NCBI GenBank assembly: GCA_030698565.1
Contig: JAUYJS010000003.1
Span: 76,187-140,186 of the forward strand
Reading direction: 5' to 3'
Source: Candidatus Shapirobacteria bacterium
GTDB lineage: Bacteria > Patescibacteriota > Microgenomatia > UBA12405
Length of the DNA: 64,000 nt
In this document: positions 36,496-46,863 of the stretch, piece by piece
How the letters are laid out: every line of letters begins with the position of its first letter
Numbering within the stretch: position 1 is the first letter of the stretch
Position numbers and translations under genes: made by a program
Notes under the pieces: model-generated
What the model saw: only the letters and a program-made list of their open reading frames with translations
Told to the model about the DNA's origin: nothing
Databases searched by the model: none

Positions 36496-36520
36496 AGCTG
36501 TCAAACTCTCATCATCTCCG
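36496..36520 (+). repeat. Direct repeat DR2: a duplicated 3' end of the membrane-protein gene, encoding ...SLIISASNFI*
   Basis: Identical to 35122-35146. Behaves like a remnant or target duplication flanking the AbiE cassette. Confidence 0.7.
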
Positions 36521-36549
36521 CCTCAAATTTTATTTAAAAAAAACACCTC

Positions 36550-37020
36550 CTAATAATTCAACGGCGGTCGCATTTTTTTACCCGAATATTTCAACTTCAT
36601 ACCGATAACCTCATCGTAAATTTCCCGAACTTCTTTTTTTATCACTTCAATATCGACACCTTTTGATCGCAAATTTTCCAAAACATATTCCATTGACTTA
36701 GCATAATCATTTTTAAATTTTTTGTTTATATCTTGCCAAACAATTCCTTTTAGTGGGGACAATAAATTTTCGCTAAATAATAATCTTTTGGTCAACATCA
36801 AAAAGGCAATCATCGGATAACTAACCGCACCAGTAAAATAAGCCGTATTATCATTTGAAATGATATCTCTTGTTTCCGGATCATATTTTATATCGTAAAT
36901 TTTGTCCCTCATCGACGAAAAACATTTAGCGTGATTATCATCTTCCAATTTAATTCTTGAATCGGCCATAGCCGTCAATGCTTCATAAACTTTTGAAATA
37001 TGTGGTTTTTTCCAGATCAC
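36550..37020 (-). CDS. Hypothetical protein (156 aa)
   Basis: ORF only. Confidence 0.3.
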   Translation of the reverse strand: MIWKKPHISKVYEALTAMADSRIKLEDDNHAKCFSSMRDKIYDIKYDPETRDIISNDNTAYFTGAVSYPMIAFLMLTKRLLFSENLLSPLKGIVWQDINKKFKNDYAKSMEYVLENLRSKGVDIEVIKKEVREIYDEVIGMKLKYSGKKMRPPLNY

Positions 37021-37041
37021 TAGCTAATATATTACCAGATA

Positions 37042-37608
37042 CTAGGGTTTAATGATTACCGATGCCGATACTATTAAAAATAAGCCGATAGAATTTAAAA
37101 CATAAGACAAAACAATAAATTTGAACGTGCTTAATTTTGACATCCCCATTAGACTAACACCTAGCTCATCGGGCAACGGCGAGGCAATAATAACCGCCCC
37201 TATCACAGGCAACATCCAATTAAAATAATTTGAATGAAACAGTTTTTTGAGATGCCTTTTTTTATCTAAATGCTTATATATATCATTTATTTCCTTGGCC
37301 AAATTGTCTTTGATAAAATGAAATATGAGCACATCTCCGACGACCGCTCCCAAACCAGCAATCAAACCAATTTCTATAGGCGACAGGGTTTCTGCCAAAG
37401 TCAGTAAAACCAAAACACTTGTGGCAACAGTAAAGGTAGACACAAAAAATATACCTGCAATAAAAGCACCAAGATACCCCAAACCATTTAAATGTAAAAG
37501 AAAAGTATGAAACGCTTCAATTTGGGACAGAACAATAGCTAAAATTATTCCCAAAAAAACAACAGTAAGATTTTTATATTTCCACTGATGACCTAATCCA
37601 CCACTCAT
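37042..37608 (-). CDS. Small polytopic membrane protein, paralog B (inverted relative to paralog A)
   Basis: See paralog A. Confidence 0.5.
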   Translation of the reverse strand: MSGGLGHQWKYKNLTVVFLGIILAIVLSQIEAFHTFLLHLNGLGYLGAFIAGIFFVSTFTVATSVLVLLTLAETLSPIEIGLIAGLGAVVGDVLIFHFIKDNLAKEINDIYKHLDKKRHLKKLFHSNYFNWMLPVIGAVIIASPLPDELGVSLMGMSKLSTFKFIVLSYVLNSIGLFLIVSASVIIKP

Positions 37609-37685
37609 ATTATTTATTGTACTTTATATATAATCATTTAAGCCAAAGCAATGCTTTGTGTCTTTGATTTTGGTATAAATATTTA

Positions 37686-39077
37686 GTGAGACTTAATGAA
37701 ATTGGTCAAGCCAAATTACCCGCCCCTCCCCTTTTAAGAAAAATGTTCGGCCCGAGTTTTATATTATTAGGAATGGGTTTGGGCAGTGGGGAACTAATCT
37801 TGTGGCCATATTTGAGTGCTAATTATGGAATGGGGATAATCTGGGCGGCAATTATTGGCATAACCTTTCAATTTTTTATAAATATGGAAATTGAAAGATA
37901 CACATTAATAACCGGTGAAAGTGTGTTTGTGGGGTTAGGTAGAAAACTTAAATTAATTTCACCTGTTTGGTTTATATTGTCCACCTTAATCCCTTGGATG
38001 TGGCCAGGAATCATCTTATCTTCAGCTACGATTTTTGGACAAATAATTGGTTTTGATAATTCGGGAGTCTTAGCAATTCTTATGTTAATTTCTATCGGTC
38101 TGATTTTAACTTTAGGAAAAGTCGTTTACAAAACCCAAGAAAGTATCCAAAAAGCATTAATTTTTATTGGAATCCCGATAATTTTTTGCTTAACTTTAAT
38201 ATTTATTAATTTAGGAGATTGGCCCACCATAGTAAGCGGTTTTGTAGGCAAAGGAACCGATTACTGGTTTATACCAGCTGGACTGCCAATGATAACCCTT
38301 TTGGCAGCTTTTGCTTATGCAGGTGCTGGCGGCAATCTCAACTTAGCCCAGTCTTTTTATATTAAAGAAAAAGGTTATGGAATGGGTAAATACGGCGGTA
38401 AGATAACTAGCGTTTTAACCGGAAAAAAGGAAGAAATAACCCTAGAAGGAAAAACCTTTGAAGTCAACAAAGAAAATTTGAAACTTTTTAAGGATTGGTG
38501 GATAAAAATAAATTTAGAACATCTAATTATTTTCTGGTTTATAGGCGCCATAACCATTGTTTTTTTAAGCTTACTATCATTTTCTACTGTCTACAAAAAC
38601 ACGAGCGAGCTTAGTGGTATTAGTTTTCTTTTCGAAGAAGCTTTATTTATTGGTAAAAATACCCTACCAATAGTTGGTACAATTTTTCTGACTTTAGCTG
38701 CAGCCATGCTATTTTCCACCCAACTTTCCATAATGGATGCTACAAGCAGGATAATGTCGGAAAACTTAGTGATAATAAATCAAGATAGATTTAATATAAA
38801 AAATTTAGCAACATTTTATTATAGATTTTTATGGTTTCAAATCTTATTAAGTATAATAATAATATTGCTTGGATTTAGAGAACCTTTGCAATTGGTAATA
38901 ATCGGAGCATTTCTAAATGCTATTGCCATGTTTGTATATTCGATCGCAGTATTGTGGCTAAACCACCAAAGTCTAGACAAAAGACTTAGACCAAAACCCT
39001 ACAGAATTATAGTGCTATTTTTAGCTATAGCATTTTTCGGATTATTTAGTTTAATGACTTTTCCTTTCAGCCCATAA
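37686..39077 (+). CDS. NRAMP-related (APC-superfamily) membrane transporter
   Basis: GPSFILLGMGLGSGELILWPYLSANYGMGIIWAAIIG aligns with the NRAMP TM1 region, with LGSGE in place of the canonical DPGN. 11-12 TM segments. Confidence 0.45.
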   Translation: MRLNEIGQAKLPAPPLLRKMFGPSFILLGMGLGSGELILWPYLSANYGMGIIWAAIIGITFQFFINMEIERYTLITGESVFVGLGRKLKLISPVWFILSTLIPWMWPGIILSSATIFGQIIGFDNSGVLAILMLISIGLILTLGKVVYKTQESIQKALIFIGIPIIFCLTLIFINLGDWPTIVSGFVGKGTDYWFIPAGLPMITLLAAFAYAGAGGNLNLAQSFYIKEKGYGMGKYGGKITSVLTGKKEEITLEGKTFEVNKENLKLFKDWWIKINLEHLIIFWFIGAITIVFLSLLSFSTVYKNTSELSGISFLFEEALFIGKNTLPIVGTIFLTLAAAMLFSTQLSIMDATSRIMSENLVIINQDRFNIKNLATFYYRFLWFQILLSIIIILLGFREPLQLVIIGAFLNAIAMFVYSIAVLWLNHQSLDKRLRPKPYRIIVLFLAIAFFGLFSLMTFPFSP

Positions 39078-39091
39078 TCCAATTTGCAGAA

Positions 39092-39805
39092 TTATTCCAA
39101 TTCAAAACTAACATTCAAACTTTTACTCACAGTTGCACTACCTGGTTCGACAGCAGCTTTCATGTCATACATCGGATAAATATTACTACCACCACTACCT
39201 TCACTAACACTCATAACTTTACCTAGTTTCCTTCCCGAAGCCTTAGCAATCAATTCTGCTTTTTTCCTGGCATCCTTCATCGCACCATCAAATAAAGTAT
39301 TTTCAATTTTATTGGTATCATCCATTCTAAAATTTGGACCATAAACATTATTAGCCCCACTACTATTCAATAAATCAGCCAACTCCTGGGCTTTATCAGC
39401 ATCTCTTAAAGTAATTTCAATTGAATTGTTAACCACCCATTGACCTTGAGTCGTTGGTCTTTTTTGCCCAGGCATCATTGGATCCTGTTGTTGGTAAACA
39501 CTCATGTTTTGAGTTTTAATATCTTCAGTTGGAATTCCAAATTTTTTAACTGAGTCAATTAATTCGTTAATTTTTTTATTAACTTCATCCACAGCCACTT
39601 CCTTTTTATCATTAAAAATATTTACTCCGGCTGTAAAACTAGCAATTTGATTTTTTTGTTGCGATTTTGCCTCTCCAGTCACAGAAATTAACTCCGCCGG
39701 TATGAAGCTAATTTTCCCCCAATTTACATTTCTCCAAGGCAGCAAAAATGCCGCAGCAATTAAAAATAAAGCCAAAACTCCAAAACCAATTATTGTTTGT
39801 TTCAT
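39092..39805 (-). CDS. SIMPL-domain (DUF541/YggE-like) secreted protein
   Basis: Signal anchor plus the characteristic SIMPL topology (QGQWVVNNSIEITLRD..., GPNFRMDD...). Confidence 0.6.
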   Translation of the reverse strand: MKQTIIGFGVLALFLIAAAFLLPWRNVNWGKISFIPAELISVTGEAKSQQKNQIASFTAGVNIFNDKKEVAVDEVNKKINELIDSVKKFGIPTEDIKTQNMSVYQQQDPMMPGQKRPTTQGQWVVNNSIEITLRDADKAQELADLLNSSGANNVYGPNFRMDDTNKIENTLFDGAMKDARKKAELIAKASGRKLGKVMSVSEGSGGSNIYPMYDMKAAVEPGSATVSKSLNVSFELE

Positions 39806-39844
39806 AATTTATTCTATCTGAAATTCATAGATACTTACAATTAT

Positions 39845-41245
39845 TTATTTATCGCTAAATTCAAATCTGGCACCTGCTAATTGTTTTACTATTTTGTGAG
39901 TTAGATCCTTATTTTCTCCACTAAAAACCATTTGAGACGCCAAAGGCCATTTATTATTGACCACATCCATAACCCCGCTCCATTTATTTTTTACCAAACC
40001 AATACCTAACATCTTTAAGGCTCGTTTGTCATCTATTTCTCCTAATTTACGTTTCCCAGATACTTCCTTATATGCAACCAATAATTCACTAGCCTGATAT
40101 TGCAAATGGAATATTTCATTTTTAAAAGCCTCTAGTACCTCGGTTCTATATTCATTGACCAAATCAACATTCACACCCACTTCTTTCATTTTCTGCACAA
40201 TCTGAGCCACTTGGTCTGTTAATTGTTGATGTTCATCATTAACTGCTGAAACTATGTCAGTATTATTTTCTGGATCAATCCCCATATATTGAAAGTCTCC
40301 GCGTTTAAATTCAAAAAACCGATAGTTTATACCAAAACTTAAACCACTCGCATCCTCAAAACATTTGATTACATCCGGACTTACAGTCTTTATTTTATGA
40401 TAAATATCACCCCGCCTATCCATTGATTTCAATTCTTCTTCTTTTGGATAGAAACTTGTCTGAACCGTTTGTGGATGTCTTTCCACAATCTGCTTCATTT
40501 CCAATCCAACAATTTTTAATAAGGTTGGTGGTAAACCAAACATAGAACCTCTCTCTCCAAAAACAAAAAATCCACCTTCACTGACCATTACACAATTCTC
40601 GGCTGTAATTTCTTCCCTCACTTTTGGAATTACTATTTTGTAACGACCCTCTTCATCAGGCTTTGGCGCTAACGGGTCTGTCGCCATCTCATCCCTAACT
40701 TTTTGTTCTAAACTCATCATTATCCATTCATCACCATACTTGCTTTGTAAATATAATTCTTCTTCCGTAATATCTACATCGGCTCCTGTGGGAGCGTATA
40801 TATGTAAAACATCAACCGCCTCAAACCCGAAAGCTTTTAAATCAACTTGTCGAGCGTCCCGATATAATCTTGTTATTCGCCTCTCCTTACCATCCAACTC
40901 AAAAGTAATTTCTCTTTTTCTTTCTTCTGCAAAAATTTCTGTTTTTGTTTGAATACCGACTGATTGTAATTTTTCCTCAAGATTTCCGGCCCACTGCTCA
41001 TCAGGATCAACAGCGATAAGATGATCCGCATCATAAGCATATAAAACTCTGAGCATATCCTCACCACTTGCTGGATAATAAATAGTACTGTGACGACCAT
41101 TTTTAGTTGCTTCTCTTATACTGGAAATATTTTGGGCCACCCAATCTTTCTTTTCCACATCAACATCTTTACCTGCTACTAAATCAACTACAAGCTGTAA
41201 ATCAGATAAAACTGTTTCTTTATTACTAGTATTTTCTCTTTCCAT
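39845..41245 (-). CDS. Hypothetical cytoplasmic protein (466 aa)
   Basis: ORF only. Acidic, with no clear motif. Confidence 0.35.
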   Translation of the reverse strand: MERENTSNKETVLSDLQLVVDLVAGKDVDVEKKDWVAQNISSIREATKNGRHSTIYYPASGEDMLRVLYAYDADHLIAVDPDEQWAGNLEEKLQSVGIQTKTEIFAEERKREITFELDGKERRITRLYRDARQVDLKAFGFEAVDVLHIYAPTGADVDITEEELYLQSKYGDEWIMMSLEQKVRDEMATDPLAPKPDEEGRYKIVIPKVREEITAENCVMVSEGGFFVFGERGSMFGLPPTLLKIVGLEMKQIVERHPQTVQTSFYPKEEELKSMDRRGDIYHKIKTVSPDVIKCFEDASGLSFGINYRFFEFKRGDFQYMGIDPENNTDIVSAVNDEHQQLTDQVAQIVQKMKEVGVNVDLVNEYRTEVLEAFKNEIFHLQYQASELLVAYKEVSGKRKLGEIDDKRALKMLGIGLVKNKWSGVMDVVNNKWPLASQMVFSGENKDLTHKIVKQLAGARFEFSDK

Positions 41246-41329
41246 TAATTCATAATACTAAATTTATATACACTTATTCAATTTGTCGTAAATGTTTGCT
41301 TTTTTTTCTAGTTTTTCGTAAGCTATGTT

Positions 41330-42076
41330 ATGGCCATACTATATATTTTTCTAGTTCTTTTTATCATTTTTCTTTTATTCAGTTCTATTATTATAGTCAA
41401 TCAATACGAGCGGGGTCTAGTCTTAACTCTTGGCACATATTCTTACACTCTCCAACCCGGTCTCAAACTAGTCATCCCCATAGTTCAACGAGTCATCAAA
41501 GTTGATATTAGAATCAACACCGCCGATATCCCCAAGCAAGAAGTTATTACCAAAGACAATGTTCCGGTCAATATTAATGCCGTGGTTTATTTTCAGGTAG
41601 TCAAACCAGAGGATGCCATATTAAAAGTTCAGGATTATATTTACGCAATTTCTCAATATGCCCAAACAGCTCTCCGTGATGTGATTGGTAGCGTTGAACT
41701 CGATAGTCTTCTAACTGAAAGACAAAAAATTTCCGAAGAGATTCAGAAAATCGTTGATCAAGAAACCGCCGAGTGGGGTGTCGACGTCACCGCCATCAAA
41801 ATGCAAGATATTGAAGTTCCCTCAGATATGAAGCGGGTCATGGCCAAACAAGCCGAAGCCGAACGCGAACGCCGCGCCACCATTATTCGCGCCCAAGGCG
41901 AGTTAACCGCTTCTGAAAATTTATCAAAAGCTATGGCTCAAATGACTGACAGTGGAGCCATTACACTTCGGACTCTTCAAACCATAGAATCAGCCAGCGC
42001 TGGCACGGGCAATACCACCATTTTTGCTCTTCCGATCGAAGTTCTCGAGGGGTTCAAAAAACTAATCGCAAAATAA
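41330..42076 (+). CDS. SPFH/band-7 (stomatin/prohibitin-like) membrane protein
   Basis: N-terminal TM plus IVNQYERGLVLTLG..., and a coiled C-terminus. Confidence 0.8.
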   Translation: MAILYIFLVLFIIFLLFSSIIIVNQYERGLVLTLGTYSYTLQPGLKLVIPIVQRVIKVDIRINTADIPKQEVITKDNVPVNINAVVYFQVVKPEDAILKVQDYIYAISQYAQTALRDVIGSVELDSLLTERQKISEEIQKIVDQETAEWGVDVTAIKMQDIEVPSDMKRVMAKQAEAERERRATIIRAQGELTASENLSKAMAQMTDSGAITLRTLQTIESASAGTGNTTIFALPIEVLEGFKKLIAK

Positions 42077-42081
42077 AATTT

Positions 42082-43110
42082 TTATTTTGTACAGAGAGGA
42101 CATTTATTCCCCAAGTAATAAACCTTGCAATCTGAACACCACTTTGCCCCCTCTGTATCCTTAGTTACCACCATACTGCTTCCATATAATGAATTAAACG
42201 CGTCTTTATTGGACATTCCATGATTCCCTCCTCCAGCTTTTAAATTCATTCCATGCATTCGACTCAAGTAGTCCTCCATCAAATTTCCCAACACCACTGC
42301 TTCAAATTTGTTTTCAATCCTAGCTATCCTACTTCCAAATTCTCGATGTAACTCCAAAGCGATTTTTTCCGCTTCCAAAACACTTCTAATATCCTCTCCT
42401 GCCGCAATTGCCTCAAAAACTTCTGACAATTCTCCAAAAAAAGCGGGAAAATATTCAAACCACTCTTCATCTTTCAAATTTAAACCAACAGGGTGATTTC
42501 TTAAATCATCTGGATTATTTATTTCACCGTCGACAAAATTATCATCATTAATTATATTTAAAACTCTTTTATAAAAATCGAGCCTGTCGTATTTGCCACA
42601 GATCCCTCGGCATTCAAAAACAATAGTATCATCCTCACCAATCTCTTTTAATTTTGCTACTACCATTCTAATTTCTTCATATGGACTATTACCACCGTTC
42701 GGACTAAACCACGCTATAGTTTTGTAACCCCTTAAGGCTAATTCTCTAATATTTTGCATTCCTTCCACCTCCACGCGACCAAGTTCTGTTTCATTGTCCA
42801 CATCCATTTCTTCCAGATCCCCATTTTCCATCAGTCTCATCGGCACACCATTTTTAAAAATTAATTCAAAAGGATTTACTCTTTCTTTTAATTTTTCTGT
42901 TTGCAAATTTTCTTTAATTGCCCTTGCCACCTGACCATTATCCCAACCATTATTACAATAACCCTGCAAATCTAAAAATAAATTCACTTTCTCTAAATTA
43001 ACTCTTTCGCCACCATTGGAAACAATTACATCGCTATAATCTGGTTTCAAAGCACCACTCCCATCTGTGGGATAAACAATCCATTTTCGATTTAAAATTT
43101 CTCGTGTCAT
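42082..43110 (-). CDS. Hypothetical protein with a C-terminal zinc ribbon (CSDCKVYYLGNKCPLC)
   Basis: ORF plus a C-terminal CxxC...CxxC. Confidence 0.35.
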   Translation of the reverse strand: MTREILNRKWIVYPTDGSGALKPDYSDVIVSNGGERVNLEKVNLFLDLQGYCNNGWDNGQVARAIKENLQTEKLKERVNPFELIFKNGVPMRLMENGDLEEMDVDNETELGRVEVEGMQNIRELALRGYKTIAWFSPNGGNSPYEEIRMVVAKLKEIGEDDTIVFECRGICGKYDRLDFYKRVLNIINDDNFVDGEINNPDDLRNHPVGLNLKDEEWFEYFPAFFGELSEVFEAIAAGEDIRSVLEAEKIALELHREFGSRIARIENKFEAVVLGNLMEDYLSRMHGMNLKAGGGNHGMSNKDAFNSLYGSSMVVTKDTEGAKWCSDCKVYYLGNKCPLCTK

Positions 43111-43235
43111 ATTTACTTTTTGCTCGAAAGATTTGGTCCTCTGGCTTCGGTATTCCGTAGCTCGATTTAATCGAGCGAAGGATACCTTTACAGTTGCGGC
43201 ACAGCGCGGGAATTACACCCGACTTTCCCTAATTT

Positions 43236-43760
43236 TTAAATTTTTTTGGTCTCCGCTCTCAGCAAGCGAGCTACCATAAATAAATAATCCGACAATCTAT
43301 TAAAATATCTAATCGCATTAAAATTAATATCTTTTTGTTTTTTTAAACCGACCACCGACCGTTCTACTCTTCGACATACACTTCTAGCAAAATGCGCCAA
43401 CGCCTCGGACTGATTTTCACCAGGAATTATAAATTCTTTTAGCACCGGCAATTTTCCCTCCCACTTATTTATTAATTCTTCCATTTCTATCAATTTTTGA
43501 TCATAATCCAATTTGCCACCGAAACCAGACATCTCCCCATTGATGACATATAAATCTTTTTGAATTTCCGAAATCTTAATTTTTAATTCGGTCACCTGCC
43601 TGCCGGCAGGCAGGTTATTAATTTCCGCCTTAAACATTCCCAACACCGATTGCAATTCATCAATCTCTCCAATCAACTGAATCGTCAAATGATCCTTGCC
43701 CACCCGCCCGCTACCGAGCTGGGTTTGTCCTTGATCACCTGTTTTTGTTGTTATGCTCAT
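43236..43760 (-). CDS. pduO: ATP:cob(I)alamin adenosyltransferase, PduO-type
   Basis: N-terminal TKTGDQGQT motif. Sits downstream of nrdJ. Confidence 0.8.
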   Translation of the reverse strand: MSITTKTGDQGQTQLGSGRVGKDHLTIQLIGEIDELQSVLGMFKAEINNLPAGRQVTELKIKISEIQKDLYVINGEMSGFGGKLDYDQKLIEMEELINKWEGKLPVLKEFIIPGENQSEALAHFARSVCRRVERSVVGLKKQKDINFNAIRYFNRLSDYLFMVARLLRAETKKI

Positions 43761-43763
43761 AAT

Positions 43764-46241
43764 TTAACTACACTTACTATACCCACAAAAAATATTAGTA
43801 CATTTAAAACAGCCTTCTTCAGCTCGCAAAGGACTGCCACAATCAGGACAAGCACTAAATTTGCTCTCAACACTGGCCTGTTCGCTTCTTAAATTAGATA
43901 GTAATTCAGTTTTATCCACCTCTATTGCCGTCTTTTCTTCATTAAAAAGATTCATTTGCTCGCCTTTTGAAATTTCCATAAGTGTCTTACCAACTGCATC
44001 AAACATGCTCAAAATTGTAGAATTACCCAAACCAATTTTTTGACCACAAGAAATACCGACTAATTCCGAAGCAACTTCATCCAAATTTGCCCCATATTTT
44101 AATGCCAAAGAAGACAATCTTCCAGTTACTTCAGCCGCTCCTGCCATGTAACCGCCGCTTTTACCTAAATTTACAAATACTTCAATTGGACCGTCTCCTT
44201 CCTCAAAAAATACAGAAGTATAAACTTTTCCCACATCACAAGGTTTTCTTATTCTGACTCCCCTGGCAATTTGCGGAGTTACCTTTTTCTTTGGTTCAAC
44301 ACTGGCAACAATATTTTCAGTTTTATCTTTTTCCCTAACTTGTTGCAATACTTCTTTTTCCCTAGAACCGGATCTGTAAATTGTGATTCCTTTTGTTCCC
44401 AAAGAATAAGCCAATCTATAAGCATTTCTCACATCATCAACATTAGCTTCTTTTGGAAAATTAATGGTTTTGGATACTGCATTGTCCACAAATTCCTGGA
44501 AAGCCGCCTGCACTTTTATATGCCATTCCGGACTAATTTCCAAAGCAGTTATAAAAACTTCTTTTATATCTTCAGGAATTTCACTAATTCCTTTTAGGAT
44601 GCCGCCATTTTTAGCAATTTTTTCCGCCAATTCTTCATTATACAAATTTCTTTTTTTCAATTCTTCCATTAAAATCTGATTGATAAAATATAGAGTTTTC
44701 CCTTCAACTGTATTTTTTTGGTAAGACAAAGAGAATACCGGTTCAATTCCAGAAGAAGCATCCGCGATTACACTAATAGTTCCAGTTGGAGCAATAGTAG
44801 TTAAAGCCATGTTTCTTGGTCGATAATCAGTATTGGCATATACACTCACATCCCAACTTGGAAAAGCACCGCGCTTGCTTCCTAATTCAATTGTCGCCTC
44901 TTTGGATTTATCCTGAATAAAACTCATGATTTTTTTGGACCACTCAATTCCCAAATCCGAATCATATCGAATTTTGAGTTTAAAAAAGCAATCAGCCAAG
45001 CCCATTACCCCCAAACCAATTCTTCTGGTTTTCGACACCATTTCTCTAATCTTTTCTACAGGAAACTGGTTAACCTCAACCACATTATCCAAAAAATGAA
45101 TAGCATGTTTAACAGTGTATTCCAACGCTTCCCAGTCAAGGTCATTCCCATTCACAAACTTTGCCAAATTTATACTTCCCAAATTACACGCATCATAAGG
45201 TAAAAGTGGTTGTTCACCACAAGGATTAGTGGCTTCAATTTTTCCCAAAGCTGGTACCGGGTTAGACCGAAATTCATTCATTCTGTCAATAAATATCAAT
45301 CCCGGATCACCATATTGCCAAGCCAAACGAGTAATCAAAATAAATACCTTATAAGCATTCAATTTCATCGCCACCTTTCCGTTATGAGGATTAATCAACT
45401 CATAACCTTCGTCTATCTGCTTTGCCAAGGCCCATTCATAAAGTTTTTTTGTCCACTGTTCTACTTCTCTCAATCTCGCATCTACATCTCTATTTTTTTC
45501 TGCTTCTCGAATCGCTTCCACCACGTCTTCAGGAATTGAATCATCACTTACAAATTTTTTATCCTCGTCCACCTTCTTCATAAAAACATTAGTGATCGCC
45601 AAAGAAATATTGAAGTTGGTCAAACTAAATTCATCCAACTTTACAATGGCAAATCGTAAGACGTCAGGATGATCAACCGAAAGCATTCCCATATTAGCTC
45701 CGCGACGAACTCCACCTTGTTTTATTTGAGCAGTTACATCGTTATAAGCTTGCATAAAAGAAACCGGGCCAACGGTTGTACCACCACTGCTCGCGATATA
45801 ATCGCCGTAAGGTCTCAATCTGGAAAAGGAAAAACCAGTTCCACCACCACTTTTGTGGATTTTGGCCATATTGGACATTGTTTCCAAAATCGAATCCATA
45901 CTATCTTCAATCGGCAACACAAAACAAGCCGATAATTGTTGATGTTTCTTTCCGGCATTGACCAAACATGGTGTATTTGGAAAAAACTTTTGTTCCGCCA
46001 TCAAGTTATAAAAATCAACAGCCAATCTTTCCACGTCTTCCTCATTGGCTCCAAAATCACCATCCGCCTTAGCTATATTGCTGGCCACTCGCCAAAAAAT
46101 ATCTTTAACCTTTTCCACCGGTTTACCCTCTTCGTTTTTAATAGCGTATCTGGTTTCGGCAATGTAGGTTGCATTGTCCGATAATTGTGGTTCGGCTAAA
46201 TTTAAAGCCATTATTGATTGGCGGTTTTGTGGATCGGTCAT
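43764..46241 (-). CDS. nrdJ: Adenosylcobalamin-dependent (class II) ribonucleotide reductase
   Basis: NPCGEQPLLPYDACNLGSINL active-site region and the C-terminal Cys-rich tail CPDCGSP...CFKC. Confidence 0.9.
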   Translation of the reverse strand: MTDPQNRQSIMALNLAEPQLSDNATYIAETRYAIKNEEGKPVEKVKDIFWRVASNIAKADGDFGANEEDVERLAVDFYNLMAEQKFFPNTPCLVNAGKKHQQLSACFVLPIEDSMDSILETMSNMAKIHKSGGGTGFSFSRLRPYGDYIASSGGTTVGPVSFMQAYNDVTAQIKQGGVRRGANMGMLSVDHPDVLRFAIVKLDEFSLTNFNISLAITNVFMKKVDEDKKFVSDDSIPEDVVEAIREAEKNRDVDARLREVEQWTKKLYEWALAKQIDEGYELINPHNGKVAMKLNAYKVFILITRLAWQYGDPGLIFIDRMNEFRSNPVPALGKIEATNPCGEQPLLPYDACNLGSINLAKFVNGNDLDWEALEYTVKHAIHFLDNVVEVNQFPVEKIREMVSKTRRIGLGVMGLADCFFKLKIRYDSDLGIEWSKKIMSFIQDKSKEATIELGSKRGAFPSWDVSVYANTDYRPRNMALTTIAPTGTISVIADASSGIEPVFSLSYQKNTVEGKTLYFINQILMEELKKRNLYNEELAEKIAKNGGILKGISEIPEDIKEVFITALEISPEWHIKVQAAFQEFVDNAVSKTINFPKEANVDDVRNAYRLAYSLGTKGITIYRSGSREKEVLQQVREKDKTENIVASVEPKKKVTPQIARGVRIRKPCDVGKVYTSVFFEEGDGPIEVFVNLGKSGGYMAGAAEVTGRLSSLALKYGANLDEVASELVGISCGQKIGLGNSTILSMFDAVGKTLMEISKGEQMNLFNEEKTAIEVDKTELLSNLRSEQASVESKFSACPDCGSPLRAEEGCFKCTNIFCGYSKCS

Positions 46242-46696
46242 TTGTTGGTTTTTTTATAATCTATAATTAATTTCTCAAAGTCATCAATAGAATTAACATC
46301 CAAGTAAACAGTGGCAAATCTGATATAAGCCACTGGGTCCAGATTTTTCAATTTTTCCATCACCATTAAGGCAATTTCTCTCGAAGGTATTTCGACACTT
46401 TCCCAATTCAAAAGTTTCATTTCAATTTCATCAATTAAATTCGCCCTTTCTTCTTCAGTTAATTTCCAGCAAGCTTTTTCAAAACATCTTTCTAATTTTT
46501 CTCGGCGGTAGTCCTCAACTCGGCCATTCTTTTTCACTACTTTCAAATCAATATTACCCACTCTTTCATAAGTAGTAAATCTTTTTTTGCATTGCAAGCA
46601 TTCCCTTCTTCTTCGGTTAACTTTATTTTCTTCCGCATCCCGACTTTCCAAAACGTTGGATTCAGTGAAAGCACAATAAGGACACATCATAAACAT
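46238..46696 (-). CDS. nrdR: Transcriptional repressor NrdR
   Basis: Zinc ribbon MMCPYCAF...CLQCKKRF plus an ATP-cone. Overlaps the nrdJ start by 4 nt. Confidence 0.85.
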   Translation of the reverse strand: MFMMCPYCAFTESNVLESRDAEENKVNRRRRECLQCKKRFTTYERVGNIDLKVVKKNGRVEDYRREKLERCFEKACWKLTEEERANLIDEIEMKLLNWESVEIPSREIALMVMEKLKNLDPVAYIRFATVYLDVNSIDDFEKLIIDYKKTNK

Positions 46697-46863
46697 TAAT
46701 TTTAATAATTAATATTCTGCTTTGCAGAAAGCACTATTTATAGTGAGTGATAATTATGATACCCACTACCAGTAGTACCAGTCAACTAGAAGTTAATGGT
46801 ACATACTCATCCAAAATCACTCAACTGTAAGGACCAAAATTGAATAATAATATTGAACAAAAA

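Noticed and set aside
43111-43235. Cobalamin riboswitch near nrdJ/pduO.
   Set aside because: There is no B12-box (GCCACTG-like core) and no conserved cobalamin-riboswitch helices. It is left as an unassigned structured region.
46697-46760. NrdR-box upstream of nrdR-nrdJ.
   Set aside because: The palindrome present (TTCTGCTTTGCAGAA) does not match the NrdR-box consensus (acaCwAtATaTwGtgt-like), so no NrdR box is claimed.
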